This document shows positions 1 through 14,500 of a DNA stretch of 64,000 nucleotides, piece after piece. The notes under the pieces are model-generated. The model searched no databases. It was not told the origin of the DNA and worked only from the letters and a program-made list of their open reading frames with translations. The stretch comes from Phoronis australis. Lineage: Eukaryota; Animalia; Phoronida. A program made the position numbers and the translations under genes. The stretch lies in NCBI GenBank assembly GCA_002633005.1, contig NMRA01000539.1, positions 62,001-126,000 on the forward strand. Reading direction: 5' to 3'. Positions within the stretch are counted from its first letter, which is position 1. The number at the start of each line of letters is the position of its first letter.

Positions 1-857
1 TGGACTGGCACGAGGCCTCCTTCGTGAAAAAACAGTGCATTGTTGTGTGTTTCAATAACATCATTTAGTTGGGGACCTCTTGTGACATCCTAAATCCACC
101 TCATTGGCCTAACATTTTAGCATGGGTCATTTTTTATACAAGCCAAAAATTCAGTACTCGTGTTTTGTATTTCCACTGGCGAATCTAGGATGTCATGGGG
201 GACCTGACGTTCATGGAAGCCCTTAAATAGCACACTACATTAGTGTCATTTTTTGTGGTCATTCTGGAGGGGCCCAGTCTCCCCTTAATCGGTCTATGAT
301 TTCTGTTCGTCTTTGTTAATCGCTTGTCTGCTGCTTTCAATCATGCTTGATGTTATCTTCAGTAGACCATCACTAATTGTTAGATCACATAAAAATTCTT
401 CAGTTTGGGCACTTTCCAAAATTTGGGACACTTGAATTCAAGCAAAAATGAATTTTCTCTACTCTGAAGATTGGGAATTGTGTAATTTTGATGTTCATCA
501 TATCACGCACTACAATCTATCATAAAGTCTGAGATAAAATCATCAAAATTCAGCTTTCTCACAATTCTTGAATTTGGGACAATGTCACCTGATTCTAAAA
601 TTTGGTAGAAGCTCCCACCATGAGCAAAATTCTAAAAATTTTCACTGTGTCAAAACTATATATTTTTTACTGGAGCATTGGCGAACAAAACTTAGCACAA
701 ATCTGGCGAGTTCTTTGTGCCGTAAATGCTCCTGCGAATAATCGAAGCAGAAGAAGTCCAATTGTTTGTTCACATGTATATGTATATATTTGCAGACATT
801 AGTTCTGAGTTGCCATTTCTTCATTTTTGCTCCTGCACATGAAATGGGCGTTTAAGA

Positions 858-1313
858 TACCAGGATTTTCTGTAGATAAGCCCACCCCATGAAACGCCCA
901 TGGGCGTTTATTCGGAAAATTATGCCGAATAAAAGCCCATGGGCGTTTAATTGGTGTTACAATTTCTGGTGTCAGTCAAGTGTCCAGAAAGTGGGACGTT
1001 TATTCAGAAAATGTCCTTTTAAAAACCCACTCAACATCAACTTTTAACTACAAATTCAATTTTGTGCAGTATTTATCATTTATAAAAATGAGCAAAGTGT
1101 TGGCGAATTAGGTATTTATTAACTTCAAAATAAAAAAACTGTTTTATGAAAAAAATCGCTGATATTTTCATATCAGGCGAGGCTTTGACTTTCCGTTTAC
1201 ATGCCACCCTTTCTGAATAAACACCCGGGCATTTATTTGGTGTCACTGAAATGTGTGGAAATTTTCATTCTCCGAATACACGCCCATGGGCTTATCTTTG
1301 GAAAACCCCAGTA
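858..1313. mobile_element. Tc1/mariner-pogo-type MITE
   Basis: TA-flanked imperfect TIRs TACCAGGATTTTCTGTAGATAAGCC and GGCTTATCTTTGGAAAACCCCAGTA; internal repeated GCCCATGGGCGTTTA motifs. Confidence 0.6.
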
Positions 1314-1790
1314 GGTTGTCTAAGAAATGGTGGCAATCTTTTACGATAATTTATAAATAAATGCTTTTAACATTTTATGTCTCTGTATGCTTGGTGTGCG
1401 CTATGTCATTTGCCTAATTTGTAAAAATGGTAGAAATTTTGTTTTTAGATGATTTTTGTTTTATTTGATGCTGTCTGTGATTGGTTGTTGGACATTGTAG
1501 ATTGACTTGTGTTGTTAGCTGGTTGTAAGCTGGTGGCTATTTTGTGTTCTTAGTTGAGTGTAAACATATGCAAAAATGCAAAATGGTTTACTTGCAAAAT
1601 GCATGAAGGTTCATCCTCTGAGCTATGAGAATATCTTGTTTAATTGTTCATGTTTTTATATGTTATTTGAAACTGTGTAACACAATGTGTTCATAGAGTA
1701 TATGTATACTAGTGAGCCGTTTTTTTCAAAGGTACTTAAATATGTTTTGTTTTATTGTACATGTATGTATACCAGTTCTCCTAAATTATA

Positions 1791-1796
1791 AATAAA
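1791..1796 (+). terminator. Candidate polyadenylation signal of an upstream gene lying outside the window
   Basis: AATAAA at the end of a T/G-rich 3'UTR-like stretch (about 1330-1800), followed by a GT/T-rich downstream element. Confidence 0.35.
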
Positions 1797-3099
1797 TTCT
1801 TGTGATTTTAATTGGTTTCCTGTATATTTCTTGTTTTTGGCTGGGCATTGTGAATTCAGATTTATTGAGGAAGACATAAAGAGTTTCTGATCATCAAGAA
1901 TTCACAGCATTTTTTTCTCCGAGCTTCATTACCCAAACATCTCGGTACAAATGTTACAGCGGCCATAGTCTCACCTTCCGTCACAAAAAGCAACGCTTGA
2001 TTTAGAACATATAGTGTCATGAAATTGGTCTTAAATTAGTCCTTTGGACTTTTCCTCTTTTAAGAGGATTTCCTCTCAGTCGATTTCCTATTATTAGATT
2101 TCCAGTTTCCTCTTTCTTAGTCTCTTTTGTATCATTTTTTTGACTTTATTCATGCAAAAACGTTGTTTCAGTTAAATTTTACAACACAAATGATATTCCT
2201 ATCACACAAGCCTATATTTATAAGTAGAACGATTCCGCATCACCTCAGTGGAAAATTTTTATCTTTTTTGTCAGTTGTCATTCCAAGCCCTGTGTCTTGA
2301 AAATGCTTGTGTTCTACAAGTTGACTTCTCACAGCATGTAATTTTATTCACTGAACATGGTCTTCAAGAATAACTACGGTTCCTTATAAGACCAAAAATC
2401 ACTTCTCATCCCAGAACAGAACAAAGCGAGACCACTGAGGTTTCGATGTCGTACACGTATCTGGTCTAACCAAAAGTTAGTTTGTTGACCAAAATGCATG
2501 TTTATTGACACTTTTGGGAATTCAACCTTGGAATATAAGGTCCTACAGGTCTCAAAAATGACTTATTGACATCATATCAGTTGAGGGTTTATTGACTATG
2601 CATGAACTGTAATCGGAAACGCTGTAGGACTTTATAAATCGATCCACTTTGCAACAGCGAAGGCCTACTTTCAGTAAAGTGTCTAATATATTTTTACAAC
2701 TATAGTGTTATTTGTTCTGAGTGTAGAATTCATGAAGTAATACTGACCATCATCACCATCATGCATAAACTGCATAGTAGGCCCTAATTAACCGAAAACT
2801 CTAGTACTGAGTCCGGCAGAATTCAAAGTTCCAACCTAACCTGGCACTAACTTGAGTAGGCCCACGAGTGTTGACATATTACAAATATATGTTCTACTAA
2901 AAGATGTACACTGTCACTGGCATACTCATTATAGGCTAATACCGAGTTCAGTATTCCCAGTGGCCCAATATCTGATTGCGGCAACACATGCAATTTCCGA
3001 TGCGGGTTCGTAGCTGAGTGCAATCATTCATCCTCACAAAAGTAGTACAAATCCAGCATGGTGGTAGATTGCTTTACTAGATAAGTCCGTGCCTCGATA

Positions 3100-3354
3100 A
3101 GAAGGCCCCCACCCCCCCCAAAAAAACGCCTTAGTGCACACGGGCGCCCGCTGGTTCCCTGCGTCCCGGTAGGTGGTAGCCAGCAGGCTAGGCACGTAGG
3201 GAACCACTAGAGTCTGACTCTGTGCAAGCCCGGAGTGTCAGATTGCAGTGCAAGCAAAAGTAGGTCATAAATGGTCACGTGGCTTGTGCTTTAAAGCCGA
3301 CCGTGACCTCTTTATTCGCAGATGGTTGCAGGCGACCGGGGCAGTGGGGTGAGT
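3100..3354 (+). promoter_or_regulatory. CpG/GC-rich candidate distal promoter with short 5' exon
   Basis: GC-rich island in an AT-rich context, E-box GTCACGTGGC at 3274-3283, donor G|GTGAGT at 3349. The T-rich + strand skew downstream fits an intron of the PRAS40-like gene. Confidence 0.45.
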
Positions 3355-6300
3355 GGATTTCTGAACTTATGAGGTGATTTTGAAGCAATGCAGGTTATTC
3401 GGGCATACAGATTTTTGTGTCTCACAACCCCTATGATTGTTTTAATAGCATTGGTGAGATTGACATATAAATGGAAGACTTAGATTGGTGCGAGTTTGCT
3501 TTGGAAATTCCCACTTTGCCATTGTGGAAAATTTTGGACGATCAATTATTACTGTTAGCGAAGAGGGTATCATTGTATTTTGTTACACGTCCTTGTTTCA
3601 GAGCTCTGCTTCAAATCTCATTTTCTTTAAGCATATTTGCAACCAGTTTTTACTTTGAAATTGTCAAAGTTAGTTTCACGTTGTAAAATAACCGATTTGA
3701 CAAGCCCAGACTTGTGTCTGGAACCCCTCAGTGGAAGAGTCCATTCTCAGCCTTTTAGTTTTAGAATCAGCTGAGCAAAGGCAAAGGGCCAAGATAATTT
3801 AAAACAAATCTGTCAGAGTCAGTGGCATTTGAAATCCAGCCTTAGTTGACAAGCACTAGTTTCAAGTAGTTTTGAGGCTCCCTGCGTCACGAGGACGCAT
3901 TTGTTTGGTGGGTTATGTAAACCACATTTTCACATTACCTGCTGTAGACAGTGCCAGTGGTGGCTAGTCCCTCTTTACTGGCCTTAGACTTATAGTAGTA
4001 GAAGTAGTTAGTAATATTCTTTATTTAAAGAGGCATGGAATGCGTAAGCTCGTCAAAAATATATTTGAAAAAATTCCTGACGAAAGTACCATCTCACAAC
4101 GTCTAGTACAGAGTAATTCACTTTCCCTCTGAGGAAATTTCCAGAAAACATTACGTGTCTCCTGGAGTGTAAAAATCGAGAAATTTCCACTGTCACCATC
4201 TAATCTAGAATCACCCTCGATTAAACTTGTCAAGCACGCCTTTTGTGTTGGTACACAATACTGGGGTTAAGGTGGTCAGAGCTTACAACCACATGAAGGA
4301 ATCAACAGGTGAAATTTAAGAGTAATTTCTCTTCAAGTCAACCCATTTTTCTCCATTCAAAATTTTTTGGTGGAAGTATTTCATACAAAACACATCCGCT
4401 TCAAGACATTTGTTGAAAGTCATTTACTAATGGTATCTTTAAATATTGCTTAGCATCAAGCGTGCTCTTTACTACATAATTGCTGGATTAGGTGAACTAG
4501 CTGAAATATGTAAACATTGGTTTGCCACTGTCAACCTGATAACAGACACTGCTGTATCCTGACTGGCCATCAACCAATCAATTGGGATACTCCTTCCACA
4601 GCGTGGGTGCGTAACAAAATCACAAAATTCATTATTTTTGAAATACGTGCGAAGAAAAAACACTGTGGTTACCCTGCCACTGATGACTGGATAAATGCGC
4701 ACACGTGCTCATAATCAGCTACTTGAAGTCGCTTGAGGTAAAAGGCACATTCTCCATATCAGGGAAATGTGCTACGTCTATGTCTTGCCGTACCAAATAA
4801 GGAGACGTACTTTGCCTTGTGGGAGAAAATCGACGATGTGGCGACCCGTTGAGAGATCATTTTTTGAAATTTGAAACTGAAAGAAAATGCTTTGTTATCA
4901 ACAGAAATTAAAAATCTTTACAAACAAACCCTAAAAATGCCCGCTGGGTAGGTTGAATTCTGTTTCAGTGGCAGAGAACCACTTTCAATATTGCAATTTA
5001 TTAGATGTTTATCGAGTTCCCGGCCTCTTTAAAAGTTGGTGAAGTTTAACAATGAAGCATTGGCACAAGTGCTGTTATCCGACAAATTTAAAAAGCTGCA
5101 AAAACTTAAACTACAAGTTAATTATACAGTATGCTTTAGAGATGGTGAAGTATTTGTTCAACTTGTGGTCCTCTATACATAAAGGTTCTTTATAACCATG
5201 TGACTTGGTTGTTTTAATTAGTGTGCGGCATGATTCGTTGAAAAGCCTCTGGCACACGAAGCGACTATAGGAGCTTCATCATCTCTAAGGCCAAAAGAGA
5301 TGGTGGTCACTGTCTACACATTGTCCTGATTGTGACCTGTATTCGGGAATGTTTTGTCTTTTTTGAACTAAATAGGTTTACATTCTAAACATGAATAGCG
5401 ACTAATTCACTCCAATTCGTGATGGCGCCATCAAGCCGTTGATGTGCCAAGGGCTGGATACTCTGGGGTGAACAGTGCATGCTTTCTCATTCACTTGCAT
5501 GCAAATCCTGTAAGCGTAAGATCTGCCTAATGTAGGCTTGAAATAAACCGACAGTTTGTTATTGGTTAAAACAGGCCCTAACATTGCTTGTCACATCGAG
5601 TTAGTTTCAGTCACTTAAACTGGAAGTACAACCATCCAAGGAATTCCCTGTGCCATGAATTTGAATTCAAATGAAGGATAAGAATTTGCGATGGTTACTT
5701 TGAAAGGTCAAATGTGACTGTGGAGAAAGTTGTTGTTTATTTTTACACCGCAACACGCTTGCGAATGATTTGATGGAGCATCGCCGAAAACATTGTATTT
5801 TTGCATTGATTGAGCTCAACTTGTTCCAGAGTACAATAACAGCACATTTAATTCTACCTGACACTAGACGGGCAGCATAATTTTTTTCATATGTGATCAT
5901 TTTGTGGTATTTTACTGTTTGGATGCATCATTTGTGGGTCAACGGTAATTTTATGGCACGACGGTCTCAAAGAATTAATAAAAATGGTGTTGAACCCCCT
6001 GCCTTACCATCTCCATACCAGTGACCAGTGAACTCTGGGTAATTTATAATGTCGTCCATGAAATACTCTAATCAACATCTGTTAGAAACAACGAATACTT
6101 CATTATATTGCCGTGCTATGCAAAATACTCTGACCAATCAGCTACGAGTTTCAGGATGTTCCTTGTGAAACCTTTTTAGCTATGTCATTAACCTAGTGCC
6201 CCCAATTGATCCAGATCCATCTCGTTGTGTTGTTGCATCTGATTTCTGAATCTCCTCTCCATCCACTGTTAATGGAGTTTGGCTATGTGATTAAAAAGTC

Positions 6301-8399
6301 TATCCTCAGCATTTTAGCTCATGAAATTAATTTGGCGGAATCTCACAAATTACAGACAAAAATAATTGTTAGAATTGACTTGATTTCATTTTCAAAGGCA
6401 GTTGTAAATTTTCAAAACATGGTCTGATGCTAGCTGCAGTAGAAAAGTTGAAAATCGTATACCACCAACTTGGTGCTGCTTGCCTTTCATAACAAAAATG
6501 CGAAAATTAAGTGTCTCGCATCTCCCAGATTGTGTTCTTGGTGAGGTTGGAATATTTTTTAACTATGCATGTTTTGTGAAACATAAAAGCTTTTTTTCTA
6601 GTTAAAGTGCTGGTAAGTGTCAAACAGTTTGCACGGGTCCCTACCTTACATCCGATTATTTCATCATCCTTATATTGACAGGTGTTGTTTGCTGCTAAAC
6701 AGAACAATTTAACAATAATATTGTGAAAAGCAATCAATAACTTGGCGAAGTTTTAACATTATGTAAATTTTGGTCTTAAAATAGTGTCACCTAATTTGTG
6801 CAGTGAAGCAAGTTGTGGAGATAAAAATCCTGCCATCATCATAACTGTACGAGGAAGTGGTGATGTGGTGTTACGCAGAATTCTTTTTGTGGTCATGATT
6901 CACTGGCATGACAAAGTAGTCATTATTCACAAATCCATGGATAAATTTGGCCTCTGGTTTAACTGTGTTTTATCAACAATGGGTCAACACAGTACACTGT
7001 TTGTTTAGTTACTTCCTATGTCAATGGGTTTTTCCAGGTGTTCTTTACGCTAATTATACTCAAAGATATTTCAAGCAGGTAAAGAGTAAGTATGGATTGA
7101 ACCATCCTGAAAAGTGAATTTTTTAGAAACAAATTCAGTGCAACAACTTGGAATTAGAGTGGTCCAGAGCCTCGCATGTGTATGTCATTCCCGCTGTTTC
7201 CAATATTCTTCTCGAAAAATTCAGTTTACTATTCACATTTTGAGAACTATCTGAAGTGAAGAATGAATGACTACGAGAGTGAGTAATATGCACTTTAAAA
7301 GTTTTAAGTAAACTTCTCTTTTTATACTGGGTAGATAGTTTAGACATAAGATACTCTTGAGTACAATTGAACCTCATCATAACGAACCTTCCCCCTGCCC
7401 TGTCTAAAACGTATGATGTTAACAAGCTTCCAGCTGTAACCAAACCAATGCCTCAGAAATAATGAAAATCCTTTACTAGTAATACAGTTGGCAGAGTTGC
7501 ATGCTGGGTATGTATATATGTACAGTAAAGCTTGCACAAGTCAAGGGCACATAAGTTGTATTTTGGTTGGCCTCCCACGTACAATTGTTCAGTTCAGACA
7601 TAGAACAACTAATACATACGATACCCTGCAAAATCCACTGTAAACTCATGAGCAGGTTTACTGGTTTGCTATAGAATCTATGTGTTAAATCCATGTACAA
7701 GAATGCAGAATGCTGTCCACCAGCTTTGCAATCGCCATCTAGCAACAAGGCATATAGTTTCTAATGTCGTCGCTATATCGAAAAATGGCTAAGTATCACC
7801 GTTTTCTCTTGTTTACAAAACGCAAATGTTAGCGAGACTGTAGCTGAGGCTTATTGCAAGCGTCCATGGTTTTGACATCTGACATTGCCGGGACCTTACC
7901 CATTTTCCAGGTATTGTGAAATGTGAAGGTATGGATTTTGTAAGTGTGGCAGAGTCTTTCCCCTATTTTCAAGATAGTTCCCACAGATATGCAGAACAAT
8001 AACGTGTGGACACTTTCATTGGTCAAACAATCATTCTCACAAAGCTGTCAGATATCATCTTGTAGACAGTGCTGTCATCTAGCTTTATTCACTGCAAAGC
8101 AAGTGTTTATACTCTGTTACCAGGTTCACATGAATTTTCGCCTCCAGTTAGTTTATTTCCTCACCAGGCAAACTGCTTTTCAAGCGAAAATTGATTTTAA
8201 AGCACATTCATTCACTGCAGTAAATCGATAAATACAAAATATATATTATGGCCTCTATAGTTTGTGTCCTTTGAAGTAAGACCTCCGTCAATAAAATTAT
8301 TACGGAAAATGGTTGTAAATACAATCGTCAAAGGAGCCAAAAATTCAAAACAAACACCTTGAGTGCTTAGGCATGTTTTATCATAATGCCATCAGCTAA

Positions 8400-8504
8400 G
8401 GGCTTATTCACCCCGGCCAACCCGCGATCGGGAACGACCGGAAAGCGATCGAGAACGCCACTTTGCCGCAAAAATGGCAGACGACGATGATGTACCTGGT
8501 GAGT
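8400..8504 (+). promoter_or_regulatory. CpG-rich promoter and first coding exon (MADDDDVP) of the PRAS40-like gene
   Basis: Local CpG cluster, ETS-like CCGGAA, YY1-like AAAATGGC overlapping ATG 8474, and a strong donor G|GTGAGT at 8499. The phase-1 end joins in frame to the acceptor at 18810 (G+CT GAA GCA ATG). Confidence 0.65.
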
Positions 8505-11500
8505 CTTAGTGTCATTTTCTTCTTAAATAGTGGCTACTTTGGCACGAATGCGACACAGAGAAAAGCGTCAGAGCTTAACCTTTGTTGCCGATATGAAATG
8601 ATGCTTGGCTTTTGCTTATTTTATCAAATAAAGGGCCCAGAAAGTAATGCCTTCCGATAAAATGCCTTGCGCGTCGTAAAGTCGACAAGTTTTACTTGTT
8701 ATTAGCAGTTCCAGAGTTCTAAAGTAAAGAAGTGTGGCGTTTAGAGCTTCATTGCCCCAGGTGACACCTTTCGAAGTTATGTTTTGNAGGTGGCTACTCA
8801 GGATGGTCAATCATAATGGTAGAAATGAGAATTGCAGCAGTTCTGAAAAAAAACTCTAAAGAAGCATTGTTGTGCAATTCTAACATTTCAGGTGTTTTTG
8901 CTACAAGCCAAACTAAGTGCAAGCGGAAGCACTCTGCTAAATTTAACACTTTTGTCAGTACTGTAGCAAAATAGCCACAATTTGAACTGTTGCATGTGTC
9001 ATTTCTGCTGGTGCGCCTCTCATGGCAGGTTGAGTTATTCCACTGTCCACAGTTTTGTTGCCACATTGGTGAATTCAAAGGACATGCACTAGGCACTTGA
9101 GGCTTCTGTTTATCATTTCGTTTGTTAATTATTACAGTGAGTAAACATGCTATGACATCACTTCAGGGATATTCCTTGACTGCGCCTTTTGCTACATTAA
9201 ATGCATAAAAAATAAAGAGGTGCAAGTACATTGCGGCAGTGCGCCCCTTGGGTGCATCTTTTAAATGACAACACCCATCCAAAAATGCAAGATTATAGTC
9301 AACTTACAGCGAGTCCAGTAAAACAATGGACTCTGTTCTTTTCTTGATTGCCTTGGGGGTTTCTGTTTCATATGTTGCCACTTTAATTACACTTTAAGTC
9401 TGCTGGGAACAACTTTTGAGAAAAGGCACACTTTTTATCATCAGGTGCGCCCAAAGGGCACAGGTTCAAACCTGGTCAGGAATATCCCTGTCACCTTCCA
9501 CTATAATAATTTCTGGGTCATAATCTGTTTTACAGCCGAAAAGTGCATTTTTGGATTTATTGAAATTCTTAGCTTGTTTTTGTGATTTCATTGCGAATTA
9601 ACATTTCTCACCATTGGCTGTAAGTTATTGCTCAAATCAAGGCCAGTGACTATGAAAACTATTTTTCTCATGGATATTGTCACTTTAAGTAAGATTCGGG
9701 TGGTGAGGGGACAAACTAACAGCTGGCAAAAGTCACCCTATCGTGGACATCATGTCCTAAAAACTGCTACCAATTTTTGCCTCTGTAGTGAATGAAGCAT
9801 TAGTCATACACCCATGCCTTGACTGCTTGTGAAAGGACGCCATATGTGTCATACATGTCTGACCTGGTCATCCCATTCAGTTTTTATTATTCTAAGCCAG
9901 GTATTGCGGTTTCTCTGTGAATGAGATGACTTCTGGGTAATAGTGTTAACTTCAGGTTGTGGCTGAGTGTTCCCAAACTGACCCCACTGTTGCTGGTTGA
10001 TGGCTGCTTATGAACAGATAGACACATGATTACTGCATATACCACTTCAGTCATCCTCATCCTTGGGGGCATGTTTTTCATGATCAGTTTTATGTAAAAT
10101 CTGAACTAATTTAATCGTACTTATGACTTGTAAGCCCTGGACAAAACCTGGTTGGGCAATGGTTGATCAGATGGTCCAATGGAAACTAGGGCTTGAAGTA
10201 TGATTATCCAGCAAGATCTAGATGAAAAGTTTATAAATCAGTGTAGATTTTTAAAAAATTCTCTTATCCTCTAAATATGTTGTTTTTGACAGTCTTTGAC
10301 TTTTAAGGAATAGATTCATGGCATATTCAAATAGTTGATAAAGTGCTCCGGTGATGATGAAGGGTCCAATTGAAGCTTGTTCCTGAACTATGATTACCCT
10401 ATCTGGACCCTCAGCCAAAAACGTCCCCCCTTAGAAGGCGTGGGCACCTTTCCCCTCAGGGTGAGCGAAAACCCTCCGTATGCACTTAGAAATTTTGATG
10501 AAAACTCAATTAAAGTAGAATACTTTTTGAAAATTCTCTAGGACCTGTAAATGTGGTGAAGTTTGGCAGGATGTAAACTATAGAAGGTCAGTGATGCCTT
10601 TGGTTTCATAGTGATACATGATGACAGTGACTGTGACACTGACAGTGATGAAACACAGAGTGTAGATTGTTTCTGCACAAACTATTCTTTCTAATAAAAG
10701 CCCTGGGATATTTGATTGATTAGTAGGAGTCCATGTAACTCTCTAAGGGCAGATAGAGGCCGTGTCTTTATTCAGGATTATCACTGCCTGGGAAAACTAC
10801 GTTTGGAGAATCAATGCTGTATCTGCTCCACACCACCTGTGTTGATTAGCATTCATTTTAACATTAAGGCCCCTTCACACTGACTTAACTCCTGTCTGAG
10901 CGGAGCATTGACGTAAACTGCAAAGTTAACTGAACCGATCATACCGGCTTCGGTAGTTAACGGACATCGAAGTAAACAGTAGGTGACGCTGTTATCATCG
11001 AAGTAATCGCAAGGTAGCGCTGATGCATCGCGTGCATGCTTAGATTTTTTTTAATGTGAGAACATTTATATGTGCTAATTGACATAAAACTTATTTCTAA
11101 TTCGATTGGTGATTATTCTTGAGCAAAATATAAGCGACTATTATCGACGGCACTTCCCTTTAGTTGTTGACGATAACAGTGGCCCGTGGCGATAACTTCA
11201 ATGGGTCCGAAGTTGACTGTTCATACTGCACCGCAGCGTCCACGCTCTGCTATTAAATCCACCTGTTTACTGTGAAGTTGACTGGCGTTGTTAACTTCGA
11301 TCCAGGACCGACGTTAACCGTTACTGATCGCAACTCCTCAAAACATTGACGCTAGTGTGAAAGGGCCTTAAGTTAGCTACCCACCAGTTTGTATCTATTG
11401 TACTTAGAGGAATACTTGACAAGATTTTGTGACTAGATTACTTAAATTTTTATGTTTCATTTTTTAAAACTTGCAAATTGTTTATTGCTGAGGAGAAAAG

Positions 11501-14500
11501 GACAAAAAGGAGTGTGTTCTTAGTCTCGTCTAGATGCTGTAACTAATTTGTTTTCATTAAACATTGATACTTTTTACAAAGGTGAAAATGAAGAGAAATA
11601 TTCACACTTGAATACATACACACATGCATACTTGTGGTGGAGGTCAATTACTACTCAATAATAAAGTGCCTCAATGTAAAATTACCATAGTGGTCCATTT
11701 TCGAATTTTAGATTATTGTGAAAAAAATACAAAATTTTGAAATACTCACTAGGACTTCACTTTTTAAAGTATGTCAAATTAGGATTTGTGTTTTTAAGAT
11801 GCTGCCAATAAATATGAAATTTTCGTAGACATACAATTAGATTAATTACGTCTTGTTCTTCAAGTTTTCAAAAAATATATCTAAATTTGGAAGCTCGTCT
11901 GAAATCTGTGTTAAATCAGTATCTAAAAGTTGCTGGGAAGCGCAGCACAATTAGATAGACTGCATTACTACATTATATAGTACATGCCAATTTTTTTAAG
12001 AATTAACCTCAATTTCCAGCAAATCATCTTACATAGCGTAGTAAATGTAAGCAGCTGTTGTCCTACCAGGGGTTTGTATTCATTTTCTGTATATGTGGTT
12101 TTTATGTTGTTCTTTGTAGGCTCAGTTCCAAACTTCCACATGTGTGTAACATTGTTGCATTCCCTTGTTGTATTTGCTGCCTGCATGATGTAACGACTTG
12201 CTTTTAGGCCAGAAAAGGGTTAAGGGTTCTGAGGAAGGTTTGAAACACCATGATTTGTTAAGAGTAAAAAATACCAATACTACATCACTTTCGTTACTTT
12301 CATTTGTATTTTCTTTTTTTTTGAAAAAGTAAGCGACTAAAAACTACCACACCACCTACTTGATTTTCAAAAAAGAAACTAGAACTAATTATGTTTTTAG
12401 TCTAACTCACATGCTTTTGATTGGTTGAAATTTGCCTTCTCTTGGTGCAGTTCTTGGCTGCAAAACGGGACTGACTGCATGTGCAAGGCATTAGCTGGTA
12501 TCTCAAGCCTAGGAATTATTTGATACCTGGATCAGCTGATTTGTATTGAAAACCCATTTGACCTGCCCATTTCTTTATCGTTATGACAAGTGTGACCCCT
12601 TGGTTGCCTGCTTACCTGGATGACGTTATCAAACCGCGCCTTTCCAGGTATCAATGACACTGTCAGTGTTATTTGGTGTTATTTTTTTACCGAACCGGAT
12701 GTAACAAATTATTTTAAAGTTCATTCACAACTGACACTTCCACTCACAGTTCAAATTATATTTATTTCTTAAATCATGTCTGTTTGTTTCTTTATAAGAA
12801 ACGTTAAAATCACTAGTTGCATTTGCATTTGTGGTACTTATTTTTGTGATTTTGAGACCAAAAACATAAATATACATCTTGTTTGTGGATGTGATTATAA
12901 AATGATAAGTCCGTAAGTTGCTTTAAAATAATTTTGATGTTGATGCAAATTATGGAACCAGTATGTCCATGGGGTACTTTACCATGCTACTGGGAATATC
13001 ACTGTACATATGTAAATTATGTGTTCCTTAGAAGTTAGAGATCGTTTGGCAGTTTTTTCTCATTTACAATTTACAATTTATCTAGCAGTGCAATTGCAGA
13101 TTGGTTTGCGTCATATGTAAGACTCTTCATAAATGACGAAATATTGCTAACTTCGGAACATCCCACATCAGGAATGGCTGAATGAATTCATATGCAGTTC
13201 TACAAATCTAGGAATTGTTATTATGTTCATATTTAGCTGTCACGTAACTACGATTTCTGTGAAAACAAATTCGAAAAGCTGCATGAAACGAAAACAAAAT
13301 GTTCATTTAGAAAACTAGCAGCGTTTTTTTAGATTTTGTCTTGAACATTTGTATCAAACGAAATTTGGCCGCGGTTACTATTGTTTTGCTATAATCATAT
13401 ATATTTCATTTTTGCTTAATTTTATTAAAAAAACGTAGGTTGCCCAATTAATAGCAGACTGACAAAAAGTTCTTCAAATTCAACAAGCTTTCTCTTTTCA
13501 GAAAACAAATACTTAAAGCAGAGTCAAATCTGTAGTTTTGGAAATATAGGGCTAATATACATATTGATAAGGACCTCTGTAACCTTACCTTAAAATAGGA
13601 CAAGTGATGGAATTAAGAGGTCAGGAGTGTGCACTTTAACCAGGTTCTGTGATCCTAATTTGTGTTTACTATCAGTTGTTGTCAATAAGGGTTAATGCCC
13701 CTTTGGTCTTTACTCTGTACTCTTGTTCAGTAATTTGGGTTATGCGACATTTTTTGCCATTTTAAATTTTTTGTATTTTTAGATCTCCTGGAATTTTTTC
13801 TGTAGTGTGTTTCAAAATTTATTGTGTTAGGTAAGTGCAATAGATAATATTAATTCTTGGAAATCGAGTTATCATTAGATCTGGGCAGCAGATAAACATT
13901 GCAGGATTGAATTAATGTATAATTGAAACAATACAGTAATGCAACCCTACATATAATAACTACATGTTCCTAATAGTTTTTGGTAATTTCCGTGTCTGAA
14001 ACAACTGATGTTTAGAAAGAATTGATTTGCAAAACTCCTTAGAATGAATATACTATTGGTGTTTAAAATTTTGGGTTAATTGACATTCAGTATTTAGAAA
14101 TATTAAAAAATGTTGAAGCTTTGAAAATTGTTTCTGAACTCAATGCGATGTTTATGGTATAGGAATTGACATGAATTGGTTGACAGGCAAAGCCTTTTGC
14201 ATTGTGCACAACAAAACTATCAACTTGTAGTTTGTCCTTATGGTAAAAATCATCGCCATGTGACAGAGTTGAGTCAGCATTGGATTCATTGGAACTTTTC
14301 AGTTGTCATGAATGTAATAATGGGCTTTAGATCTTGATTCAGTCCACCTCCACTTTATACACCTACGTGCATGCAAAATAACCTGGGTATTATTAAAAAC
14401 AATTATAATTTATAATTAAATTATCATGCTTGTCAAGTTGGTTATGTCATCAGCAGCAATGTCTGCATTGATGTTAAATTCAAGGAACCACAGTTGAAAT

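Noticed and set aside
1-288. Possible Kolobok-like right terminus (CCAGTCTCCCCTTAA)
   Set aside because: The partner end would lie outside the window, so it cannot be verified.
8787-8787. Ambiguous base n
   Set aside because: Sequencing or assembly ambiguity in an intron; no biological meaning.
12521-12653. CTTACCTGG (U1 5'-end-like) with a short inverted repeat TGATACCTGGA / TCCAGGTATCA
   Set aside because: No further U1 snRNA similarity; the match is too short to support an RNA gene.
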